Shown here: in pieces, positions 12,998 to 25,200 of the stretch | Numbering within the stretch: the stretch's first letter is position 1 | How the letters are laid out: each line of letters begins with the position of its first letter | NCBI GenBank assembly: GCA_964247055.1 | Contig: OZ176052.1 | Location: 5,704,001 to 5,768,000, forward strand | DNA: 64,000 nucleotides | DNA from: Paragordius varius | Lineage: Eukaryota > Animalia > Nematomorpha | Direction of reading: 5' to 3' | The notes under the pieces: generated by a model | The model's input: the letters and a program-made list of their open reading frames with translations, nothing else | What the model was told of the DNA's origin: nothing | Database searches by the model: none | Position numbers and translations under genes: made by a program

Positions 12998-15189
12998 AAG
13001 TTTATGTTCAATATAATTGTGTTTTTCAAAAAGAATTTACCAAAATATGAAAGTAAACTTTAAAGTAAAATTCTGAAGTTATGAAATCTTCAGATAATCA
13101 AAATTATAGAAAAACTGTCTTTATAATATCTAAATTCTTTTTATAACGTTTCCATCGTACCTCAAAATAGAATAAAATTTAACTTACGCGTTTTCCTCCG
13201 TTGTATACAATTTTATTTGACCTAATTTGCAACAGGAATGTAATTTTTGATTTTGACTAATAGTTGAGAGATTAAAATTTTGTTTCTACATAGTCATTCG
13301 CACTTCCTTTTTATAATTTTCACTTGAAGCTTTGATATCAAAATATATAATTCATAAATAATTTAAGGTATTATAAGAGTATGGCTACTATATCAATCAA
13401 ATATTTTTTTTATTGAATAGCGACCAAAATAATGTTTTACTAATAAATCTGTTATAGGATACAGTTGCCAACGCTGCAAATTTTTTTTTAAATAAGGAAT
13501 TGTAATTCTGCGGAAAACAGCTCGGTATAAAATGAAACTTATGAAGACCAGATATTGTTCAAACTAGTTTTTTTGTAGGATTTCGTAAAAATACAATTTT
13601 AATGCATCTGTAATTTTCGCGAATGTGGGGTTTTGCGTAGTTGATCAAGTTTAAGCTAGCAAGTGTACACTTGAAGATGGGTGATAAAAACACTTAAGTC
13701 AAGTCTTTTGCATATAAATGTAACGATTTTTTGTCATCCAATTTAAATTTCACGGATATTATTTGGATCATTTTCAGCCAAAATTTATGAAATAAGGCAC
13801 AATAGGAAAACAATCAATACAATATTTTGAAGTTTTTCAAACTCAATGTGACGTAGCAAATTTGATATTATAGATTTTCCTAAATATTGAGCCCGAAAAC
13901 TAAAATTTTAAGTTTATGAAACCATTAGCATTTAAATCACTCTATTATTTCACATTACTTATTTTGTTAGGAGTTTTGCAAATATAATGGGAAGATGTTT
14001 ATACAATAAAACATATTATTATTTTTAATTGATTATCAATATTACATTTGAAATAAATTATATTGAAATCTCTTTACATGTTTTAATGGTGAAGCCTTTA
14101 GCGTTTAATATAAAACAAAGATTTGAAAGTTTTTTACAAGATTATTAGTTAATTATTAATTTTAAGATATTTTCGAGAATCAAATTTTTTTGTGTTCACG
14201 GAATTGATAAATTTATCATATTTTTATATGCATTGTTCTTAAATATTCGCAGAAATTTTCAAAATATTCATCTTCTTTTGTATTCCGATTTAATAGGTTA
14301 ATTAGCCAAAAATTATTAAATAAACAGCTTACACCATTAAAAAAGGTTTTAATTACAAAAACCTAAATTTTAACATAAATAGTTTCCAAAATAATTTTAT
14401 TCATATATATCTGTCAAGTGTGCACTGCACTGCATCACGCTTGGAAAATCTTTAAGTTTTACTTGATCATGTAATGTATTACCTCCGAATCAAATTTTCT
14501 CCCCTGACTTAAGTCGTCCAATGTTAAATTTTTTTATCACATGTAAGCAAGCCACGACTTGAAAAACTTGCAAGTCAAGTCAAAAAATTTTTTTATCTCC
14601 CCACCCATGGAGTAGTTTTATTAAAATGATAATAACTTTCTTATATCACTTGAATAGGTCAAAACTAAAGCTCCATGATAATCCAGATACATTTTCCTAT
14701 CAGAATATTTCATCAGGACATCTTTATGGCCCCGATTTTAGAAGTAATGATATTGAAAAGCAAAACAAAATTTTTCGAAAATTTTAATTTTTAGATGTGG
14801 GCCCCGAAAGTGCCAAATATTTTTACCCTTCTAAAATGAACTAGTTATTTGAGATTCCTTAATAAAAAATTTTAATATATGCTAAATTATAGCATCAATA
14901 TAATATTTTTTAAAAAGTGCATACATTGTATAAAAATTTATTTATTAGCACAAGTTATACCATATGATGTTGCTGATTATTTCTATCCTATTTTTTAATT
15001 TCATACTGCGTTCGTATTTAACTTTATGTTTAATTTTTATAAAAATCCCCCCAGATTTGAAAGCAAACGAACGTTTTAATCAAAATTCTGAAGAGAAATA
15101 TTTAACTTCAAATTAGATAAAAAAACATATTTTATATAATATCTTAAAGCGTTTTCCATAATAAATAGTATGAAGTACGTTTAAACAAA

Positions 15190-15760
15190 GTTTTGCTAGA
15201 TATTATGTCAAAATTAACATTTGGATACAACACATACTCATATCCGCTCTTCGATTCATATTGGGGTAACTAGAGACCCAGGCATGTTTATAATCTAATT
15301 TTTAAAACACATAGAATCAATTGAAACAATTACGAAAATTTGCACTTATGTAATATTGATGAACCGAATAATCAAAAAATTGCTTCAAAACTTGATAGTA
15401 CTTATTTTAATATTAAAGGTAAAATTTTAGCCAACATGACATGTGTGCATTAGCTAAACATATGAATGATGCAAGCAGCAACTTTTTCTGTTTATATTAA
15501 TGTGTGATTTTTATAAAAAATTAACCGTTAGTATTAAAAAACACAATTTTTCGAAAAAATATTGTAAAATTAAAATGGCGTTGAAGTAGTTTGATACGGA
15601 GCTTTTTTTTCAAAACTAAGATATTTTGGATTATTATTTAATTTTTATATAAGGATAGAAACATATATTTATATGGGAACCGTCCGTTTCAGTAGTTTAT
15701 GATTAATAGCTATTTAAATATTGTCAAAGATGACTAGTTATCTTAATTCGAATCGAAGTG
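15190..15760. repeat. Interspersed ~600 bp repeat family B (MITE-like)
   Basis: Shares GACATGTGTGCATTAGCTAAA, ATGGCGT(T/C)GA(A/C)GTAGTTTGA and terminal motifs with 12110-12700 (inverted). Boundaries are approximate. Confidence 0.65.
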
Positions 15761-16081
15761 TTAGCGTGGCTATTAACTGTATGGTATTTTTAATTTTTGG
15801 TTTAAAAGGGTATTTTTTGGCATTTTTTAACTTCAAAAATTATAACTTTTTCATGATTATTTTATTCGGGCTTGTGTTCCACATAGTACAGACTATCATG
15901 TTAATAACAACAAATACTTATTTCCAATTAATTTATTGCAACCATGAGAGTTAGAAAAAGCATAGTAAATATTGTGATAATTTAGATACAAGAAAATATT
16001 ATGGTATTGAGATTGCAATTTTATAAATTTCCATAGTTATATATTAAGGATTTAAGGTATCACCGTATACAGAGAATAAAT

Positions 16082-16934
16082 TTAACACATACTGTATATC
16101 ACTACCACATTAACAATTATGAAAGTGAGATATTTGTAAAAATCGTTGTTCCTCAAATCAAGTGCACCATTGACTTTTTGTATTGCTTCTTCGCACTTTG
16201 GCTCCGGTCCAGTATATCGGAGTAGGGAATAATAATCAGGGATGCGTTTACCATTTATAGATATATTTCCCGGTGCCATGTGATCAATATAAAATTTATC
16301 ATCCATCCACCAAAAACAACGTGGCACATGCTTCCCATTGATAGTTAGATTTCCGGCCCAATATGTTATGCTTTGGAGGTGTCTATCTATCGCTGTCACA
16401 TTCATAATGTGCAAGTTATCAACATTGCCCCAACGATCGGTACTCGTGGCAACTACGGCTACAGGGGGCGTTGCACATCTGGAAAATATAAAATGGTTGA
16501 AATCAAAATAATTAAAGTTTATTTGGGATTGATTGGGTAAATAATAGTGCTTAAAGGGTTAGATCAAAAATGGAATGGATGTTTCTGGTAATCTATTAAT
16601 GTTTACTATCCTATCTCTATCAAACATATATACTGACAAGTTTAATTTTTAACCAAAAATATTTGTTGTTAAATAATGCAAAAAGTTTTTGCTCTAAAAC
16701 AGGGTGGCAAACACACGGCCCGCGGGCCGCCTGTGGTTCTCCAAAATATTTACCCAGGCCGCGAGATATTTAAAAAGATACAAAATACAAAATTTTATAA
16801 TTATAAAACTACTATTCAGAAAATATAAGTAAAAATAAAGAATCTTAAATCTTCCCAAATTTTGGCAATGAACCAGCAAAAATGTTAAAATAAGTAAACT
16901 ATTTACAGTTTATATTTGAAATTTAATTATATTT

Positions 16935-16969
<35 letters not shown>

Positions 16970-17638
16970 CATATATTTATCGAATTCGGCCCGAATTTTT
17001 CAAGTCAAAAACGCGGCCCACGAAACCATTTGTGTTGGAGACCCCTGGTCTAAAAGATTGAAAAATTTAAATTGTTTTTACAACAAAATAATAATCTAAT
17101 GTTTTTAATATTTTCATCAGAAAAATGAGATTATAGCAGTATTTAACGTATATTTTTAGTTTTAAATCGATTTTGTTTCCAACTTATTAATTTATAACTA
17201 TTATCCTTAAAAAAGTAGTAAAAAAATTAAAAATATATGGATATCCATTGTATATTTGTGTTGTATAATTATTAATTTTAATGTATAAAAATTATGTTAA
17301 AGTACAATCCATTAAATATCTATTTAGATATTGATTTTTTTGGATTTGAGGGTTGTTATTAAACATTTTTGCAAACAAAGGTAAAAATTTTAACCTTAAG
17401 TACCAAATCTCCTTTTAATCTTAATTTTACCACAAACTATATTTTTCATATGTTATTGGCAAAAAATTTATAAAAAGTTAAGAATAACATTTATATTTTT
17501 AATTATGATAGAAACTGTATTTTTCGAATTGAATTAATAAATAATTTTTTTAAAATATATCAATGTACAATAATACTTAGAGGCTAGGATAAAAGTTAAG
17601 GCGACAATCGTTGAAAACATAATATTATAGGAATTCAT
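16082..17638 (-). CDS. Unrecognised small secreted, probably GPI-anchored glycoprotein (2 exons)
   Basis: Exon 1 is 17638 (or 17620)-17577, encoding (MNSYNI)MFSTIVALTFILAS, with donor GTATTA in phase 2. Exon 2 is 16478-16082 with acceptor ttatattttccag in phase 2. The join gives ...ILASKCATPPVAVVATSTDRWGNVDNLHIMNVT...PRCFWWMDDKFYIDH...PKCEEAIQKVNGALDLRNNDFYKYLTFIIVNVVVIYSMC*. It has three N-glycosylation sequons (NVT, NLT, NIS) and a C-terminal hydrophobic tail with no cytoplasmic residues. Confidence 0.75.
16700..17047. mobile_element. hAT-type (Charlie/SPIN-like) MITE, 348 bp, in the intron of the unrecognised gene
   Basis: Ends CAGGGTGGCAAACAC...GTGTTGGAGACCCCTG. TSD CTCTAAAA / GTCTAAAA (7 of 8). 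Contains GGCCCGCGGGCCG and an internal (TA)n. Confidence 0.85.
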
Positions 17639-19189
17639 AATAACAGTATTGACGTGAGATGTTTGTTAATATCTTTTTTTGGTTAAAATATTTTTGTGAC
17701 AAATCAACATTTATTAATAACGGTATATATTATTATAATTGATATTGTCACAGTGCAATGTTTTGGGTTATTATCTTGGTTTTCTCACCTATGTCAAATT
17801 TGTTATTAAATTAAAGTTAAATAAACACACAAAGTGTTGGTAATAAACAATGCATCATTAATTTATTTTTTTGTCATCGATACAAAAAATATGAGGATAA
17901 ATGGTATAAAGTGCAATAATAATAATATACTGACTGCTATTATAAAAATTTATCGCTTTCGGGCATTAAATAAAAAAAAAATTGATATGCGTATATGAAA
18001 GAAAAATAAAAAATTTTGATTAAATTTTACACATATACCATATGTCTTTTAATGATTAATAAGGTATATTTATTTTATGCACATAAATTGGGGTTTATAT
18101 ATCGTGTCAATATTTAATGAGTAAATGATAGGCTCCACAATCTGGAAAAAAATTGAAAAAGCGATCCTGAAAATAGCAAAAACCAAAAGTCGTTTAACAA
18201 AATAATATATTACTTATTAACCTATAATATTAAAAACTGATATATTTGTAAGGAATGTAGAAAAATTGGTCGCTTACCTACACATAATACATCGATGTAG
18301 TTATTTAAGATTATTAACATTTAGCGAGAAACGACATTTTACTATTGATATAAAAATATGGAAGATGGGTCTACCGATTGCAGATTGGGGTTTGATCTTG
18401 CTCTAGAATTGCTTAAATAGAATCTGCAATCGATAGGCCGAACTACGCATTTCTCTACCCATGTTTTTTATAACAATATATATTATGCACATTTATGCTG
18501 GCATATTCTATTGTTGGCCAATTGACAACACAGTAGTGTCAAATGTTGTAATTAAACAATTTTTTCCATTCGTTAATATAATTCGGAACAAAATTTGTTA
18601 TATTTACTCTACTGTATTGCAAATTAGTCAACGATAAAATGAGTGGGGCAGCATAATTGTGCATACTGTAATTAAGCATTATTACTCACATTCACTAAAC
18701 ATTTGCTTTAACAAGCCTCTATAAGTGAAGGGAAAAAAGAAAACGGCATAACTGATATTATCAAAAACCAAATGTTTGATATAATGCAGGAACTTATAGT
18801 TTAACAGGTTCGCCAAAGGTTTTTAATAATGATAATATAATACAATTAGGAATGTAAATGATTTTCAAATCATGGTGTCACATTTTTTTACAAATATGAT
18901 AATGTGTTATGGGTAGGCTCAATGAAATATACGAGTTGAATCCCGCTCTATATAGCGTTACACTGTGTGAATACTGTAGGTTCGAATAAATTCTAAATGT
19001 GTAGGCTTTTTTAAATAGAATTAAGTTTTAAGTATTCTTGCAATGATTTAATCCAGCGCTATATTATGTGTAGAGAACGCATTATAATTTTTTTGGTAAA
19101 AGCCACATTTTTGTTTTGACAGATATAATATCATTAAAATACATTAAAAGTATGTGTGTTGTTAACTCCTCTATGACCTTTTTACTTAT

Positions 19190-19690
19190 TCAGCGATGAA
19201 AAATTGGGGTAATTTCATATCCGAGAGCTCAACTTGTAAAAAACTACTGTTTGAAAGTTATTTTAGTTAAAATTTAATTATCCGACATTGTTCTCATGTA
19301 TTAGATAAAAAAGCATATATTTTTTTACAGTCTTATCACTTTTAGCGTTTCAAATTGGGACAGCTCAGTGGACGATTAAACTAAACAGATAATATCAAAA
19401 ATATCAAGCTTTTGCTGCTAAAATGCAACACGAAGCTTACTAAAGTTACATTTTTCTAACGATAATATACCTTATTTGCCTATTGTATTATTAGCGATTT
19501 AAAAGAATTAAAGGAAAAACATGGGGGCAAAAAAGTTTGAAATGAGGATACAATACTTTCTTTAAAAATATTATTTTGTGTTATGAGGCTGCTAAAAGCA
19601 TAATTTTAAATTTGGCCTAATTGCTTGATTACATTTCAAATCTGTGGCATATAAACTACCCCAAAAGGTCATGAAGTGTTAAAGTCATTG
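19190..19690. repeat. Interspersed ~500 bp repeat family A
   Basis: Inverted homolog of 25950-26470; shares GAGAGCTCAA, ACATTGTTCTCATGTATTAG, AATTGGGACAGCTC and AAACTACCCC(A/T)AAAGGT. Confidence 0.65.
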
Positions 19691-21785
19691 CCGATATATA
19701 GCTTTTTCGCAAGTAAATGAGCTCTAATGTTTATGAAATTGTAATTTTTAAATGATGGCTCGAAAAGTATCAAAATTTTGTCCCCACTTAAATTGACCCG
19801 ATCGTCAAAAGTAAGCCGAAATTCGGGGATAATAATTTTTTTATATGGTGGATTGTGGCAAAGTTTTTTTTAAAAAAATCCATACTTAATTTTTAAATTT
19901 AATATAGCAAAAATTTATTGAGGCGATGGAAACGGTATAAAAACGCTTTAACATAAAATAGAACACATATGACTGAATGATGCAGACCAATATCACATGA
20001 TATAACTTTATAAATTTGTTTGCCTTTTTATTTGGGTAAAATTTATAATTAACTTAAATCTAAGGAAACAAATCTAATCCTGTTCCGATATTAAAATTCA
20101 GCATCTATTTATATAGAAAAGGTTTGTACCGTTGTCATGCTTCTAAAATAAATAAAGTATGCTTTACCCAATTTCGCCAATATTTAATAAAATAGAAAAT
20201 TATAATCTGCTATTTATATTAAAAATTACAATAGTGAAATCTTATCATTTTTGTGTTTATATAAGGCGAACCCATTTTAGAAAACTACGGACTTTCATGG
20301 TTTATATTTCAAATCTAGAATCTTCTTAAAATATTGTTTTGCGTTTTAGTTTATGGTATATTGATATTCTTGGAGTCATTAATTTCCCCGAAAAATTATA
20401 TTTAGCATAATGCGCCTACATTTGGCGATTTATTGATATGGAACAATTGCAACTATTAAAGCTTTTTCCTATCACTCGTAAGGCCCAAATACACCATGAG
20501 ATGATAACTTATCTATCAGAATATATATTGCAACAGGATATATTTTATCCCCAATTTTATGAGGTGTATTGGAAAATGTACAAAATGATCAAAACCGAAT
20601 CGCACAAGAAAAAAGTTTTTATTCTCATAAAATAAATTTTTACAAGGATAAAAATAGAATTAGCAAATAAAAAATATCGAATCTAAAATTAATATAAAAG
20701 ATAAATAAATAATCAGTTTAAAATTTTGTATTACTCCCAAAAAATCATATAAATATTGTATTAATAATTTAAGTCTATGCAAAGTACTTTCAGGGCCGTG
20801 TATCACATAACACTCAGACCTTTTGGGGATGTTTTATACCCGAGAGCCATTAAAATATCTTGTAAAATAGGGCCATTTGAAATATGCTTTTTAGGCGTAT
20901 GATACATTTTTTTTAAAAAATATAAAATAAAAAAATTTAAACTATTCGCCGCTTTTTTTCGTTTGAATTTTATTGATTAATAAGGCAAATTGTATATGTG
21001 TAAATAATTAACTAGGCTATTAAATAATATTCTACTATCGAATTGATATTTATGGATACAAGTATCAGCTGTTTGCCTAAATCGTGATCAAAGCTATCCG
21101 AATTTGAAACCATAGATGATATGTAAATTATAGGTTTATTTAATCAGGAGAAGAGGTTTTGATCACTTAATTTTAAGTAAAATAACTTAAAAAAAATAAT
21201 TTTTTTATACAACTCAGGATTAGAAAACTATCCCATTCCACCGTGTACAAAAAATAAAAATGTAATAAGGCGTTTTCGTGATCAAACGCCTAAATTCTTG
21301 TAAAATTGCTTTAAAATTGTTTACACAATTTCAACAGAAGAGTGAGAATAAACTGAGGGGTTAGTTTTTAAAACCCAGTAACATATAGAGCGCTAAAAAA
21401 TATATTTGAAACTGAATGGGCCTGTGTTAATTCAAAAATGTGCTTCAGACGCATGAAAAAATTTTCAGAAATCCCATTTGGGTCGGCTAACACAGGGCTA
21501 ATTTTAAAAAAACGACTTAGGGACCCTTTGTGCATTTATAATAGATTAAAAACCTCCTTGAAATTTGCATGGGCTAAACACTATAAAAGTTGCTCAGTTA
21601 TTTTAAAATATTATAATTTAACATTAAAAATTTTTTTATTATAAAATTATTAGCTAAATACTTTTTAATTACACCATTTATATAATAATGTATTTTATAA
21701 TAACAAATAATTTATCTTAATAATTTTTAAAAAATGTATGTGTGAAAATGATATCCCTAATCGCATATGACGTGAGTTAAAATTC

Positions 21786-22118
21786 ATGGCTTTAAAAGAA
21801 AGTATTTTAAAGCATATTACATAACAGATATTTTTACTGTTTCGAATATTGTCAAATCCTTAAAAAGTGAAGGGATTATAGAAGATAATGAAGATCAATT
21901 AACAAATATTTTACTCGACCCTTTATTCCTTAAAATATTAGCTATAAACGTAACTTAATATTTTTAAACATTAGGAATGTCTACAAAATTTAAAATCTTA
22001 CGCCGAAGTTTACGACATAAATACGCTTACGAATAACGATTACGAAATTACACCGCAGGGTTTGATATTTTCCCCATCCATTTCAAAAAAAATACAGGAA
22101 GACGCCTCTCAAACACCG
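21786..22118 (+). CDS. L27 domain exons of MPDZ/PATJ, split by 26 nt and 25 nt introns
   Basis: Spliced product [78 protein letters not shown]. The LDPLF...ILAINECLQNL and [12 protein letters not shown] segments match the PATJ/MPDZ L27 pattern (human PATJ from memory: LKSPLFNQILTLQQSIKQL...NFDFSRKGLLVF). The ORF track misses this region. Confidence 0.8.
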
Positions 22119-22158
22119 GTAATACTTTTTATTTGCAAATCTTATCCTATCATTCAAA

Positions 22159-22200
<42 letters not shown>

Positions 22201-25200
22201 CATAATAAATAAAATTTTTAATCTTTTTATTTGCAGAAGACTGTAGGTGATTACGAACAAATATTGGTGGAAATATTTAGGCCAGAAAATGCCATTCTTG
22301 GATTAAGTATCTTAGGATTGCAAAATGATGCGAATGATAGTGTCGGTGTCTTCATTAAAGAAATTGATAGCAATGGAATTGCTGGAAGGTATAAATTTTG
22401 CAATATTTTTTTACCTAATTTATGCCAGATACAAATATGTTTTTTAAAAAATTGGCTAATACATTTGATCGACGTTATAATAATTTTTGCTATTTTTATT
22501 AGTCTATATTAAAAATTTATTTAGCCATGTTTGTTTCTGTAAATCACATTTAGTTACCGAGACATCTTTAGAAAATCAGATAATTTAGATATTTTTAATA
22601 AACCACCATGAATACCTATTATAATATGGTTTTTAATAATGCATTTTTATTAAGATATAACAATAGTACTCAAATATTATATATAACACACTTTGCATAA
22701 TTTTTTAACTAATGGAAAAATCAATAATTTTTTTGGTTTTAAGTTTTTTTACATCATTCCATTACATACTCCACATTTTATTGTTTAAAAATTATGTGTT
22801 GTGTATTCTATGTTAGCTGGAACTAAAAATTGATTTACATTAGGGAATACTGATAAAAAAATGTAAAAAACTCATTTATCTTTTTGTTCATTGTTTTCTA
22901 AAAAAAGATTATTTTTGCTTAGAGATAGTTAAACTATATATTGACAATTCTTAGTGGCAAAAAAGTTAATAATTTATCAAGCATATGTATTAGCCAGAAT
23001 AATATTTAACAACCCAATTAATATAAATAGGACAAACGCGACATTTACAGGTTTAAAATGCATATATAATAAATAAATTTGTAATTGGTTCAAAAATTAT
23101 TAATTTATTTCAGCATTTGATATAAAAAATCCATAGGTCTTGATTAAATATGAGCAAAAAACCGCTTATCTATTATGTAAAGGAAATATAAAATGTTTCA
23201 CTGCTATAGTTGATAATATTTTAATGTTGTCCCATATAGCATATTGGCTGAATGGCCCATTATAATTAAAGTATACTTTTACAAAATAATTCAATCTATC
23301 AGTTAGGGTTAAGGGTAACTGATATTGGAGTTAGGAATTTATAAATCGGGGCAGTAGTTTTAATTTAACATTAATCTTGGTTATTATCAAAGCATATAAA
23401 GCGTTATATTACCACATATTTGCATATGCAATTACAAAATTTTTAATCATATATTTTTGATCTTTCATATGCTTGATTGGGTGTTAAGATTAATGATGCC
23501 ACATGATTGTTACCCCTTTTAAAATAGCTGGGTAAAATAATTTAAAGATTTTATTTAGCACAAGATATATATATTCAAATAGTATTTTCATAAACTAATA
23601 AATATAACACCTTTAAAATAATTTTGTATTATATTCGGTTTCAAATTCATTTGTGGACACGGGAATGACTCGTTAAACTTGATTCTATGTTTGATATTTG
23701 TGGTTATTTTATTTAATTTTTTATTGGAAAAATGTTTTAACCATTGACCAACTGGTTACCACATATGCATGAAAAGCTCCAAATCTAAAATGCCTCGGTA
23801 ACTCAAAAATTAAAAATGTGGATTATTTTTAATCAATTTTTAACAAAAAAACAAATATACTATTTAATTTCCGTTACCATATATCCAAATCAAAACAATA
23901 TGTGGCCTATAAATTTTTTATAGAGGCTACGATAAAGTGATTATTAAAATGAGGTGAATATAAAAGTTTTTTGCCTTAATTTTTGTTATTCTTTGTACGA
24001 ATCATTAATTTTCTATGAGAATAATTATATACAAATTCTTTTATACTTTGAAATACTTGGATATCATTGTAAATATAATGAGTATCATGGTATTTCAAAA
24101 TTTTATCATATGTTTGATATATTATTTATATTGTTTATCATACTACATTGTTTATCGTAATTACAATACTTTAATAATTTTTGCCAATTCAAGCGATTTA
24201 CAAATTTTCGATTACCGCTAGTAATCTTTGTCGAATGGAAAAATAAAACAAAATTCTGTAAGTATATTTAGTATAAACCACTATTAATAATCTAATTGAC
24301 AATATAAATATTTTAAATTGTGTCGTTTAAGATATTATACAAGGATACGTATAAATTTGTTTCTCCGATCTCAAACAAATATGTAGCTTCTTAAACATTA
24401 GAATATACCTTTCATAGTATTGAAACCTGTCAAGTTTATGCGCACGTCTAGCTTTAAATTCATACAACCGAACTCTCTATTTACTTATAAAGTTTATGAG
24501 CCCCATTTTTTGGCGATTTACCGTTTATAATTATTCATATCTAAATAAAAATTGGAATGGAATACATTGTCCTATTAATTTCAACACGGAAGTTTATATA
24601 TTAATATCTATTTTGTTTCTTGGTGTAATTCTTGTTGGGCAAAAATTATTTTTAATCATTTTTTACTCAACATTAGCTTTTGGGAATCCGCAAATTACAT
24701 CTTTTATAAACATATCAAATACCGTTAAGATTAAAATTTAATATAAGCTATATTATTTCCCAAGACAAATAAATCACTAAAACCTAACTTGTCTCTGGTT
24801 GCGGTTCTGTTTATACATTTTCTAACAAAGTGTTTTTAAATGGTTCCTGTCCAACAGTCAAATATTTGGCCCCTCAGTTCTGGTTTCATGGTGAAATGGT
24901 TTTAATTTTGGCTATTTTTGGATATTTTTTTTATAAAATTAGCTTTTAGATAATATAAAACGCTGGACTACCTAGTATCATAAAATATAATAAAATCCAT
25001 GCACACACATAATGTGTTAACATCCGTGTAATTGCATTTATATACATGAAAATCTTTTTTTGAAACCTATTTTTGGTTTCCAAACCTATAAAACAAGCTA
25101 ATGGTTCCGTTTCCTAAATTAAAACCTGTTTTTATTTCTGAATTAACCTTTGTTCTTCATTCTCCATTTATTCTGACACCCAAATTTACATGAACTTCCC

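Noticed and set aside
13188-13221. 34 nt minus-strand exon candidate with GTAAGT donor as a MEGF 5' exon
   Set aside because: Not needed once the signal-peptide exon at 11636-11563 was found, and it lacks the first EMI Cys.
14685-14720. Minus-strand CTGATGA...GAAA as a second hammerhead
   Set aside because: No helix II can form. The segment is part of a dispersed repeat also seen near 54260-54350.
18358-18420. MEDGSTDCRLGFDLALELLK* as an L27 start or hAT catalytic motif
   Set aside because: It terminates after 20 codons, and the true L27 was located at 21786-22118.
18278-18665. In-frame TGA in NYNI*HYCVVNWP suggested stop-codon reassignment
   Set aside because: About 60 confidently reconstructed exons contain no in-frame TGA, TAA or TAG and use TGG for Trp. 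The frame also hits several other stops.
21268-21291. 8 bp perfect hairpin AGGCGTTT/AAACGCCT about 500 nt upstream of the MPDZ ATG
   Set aside because: Too short to distinguish from chance or a repeat remnant, with no supporting context.
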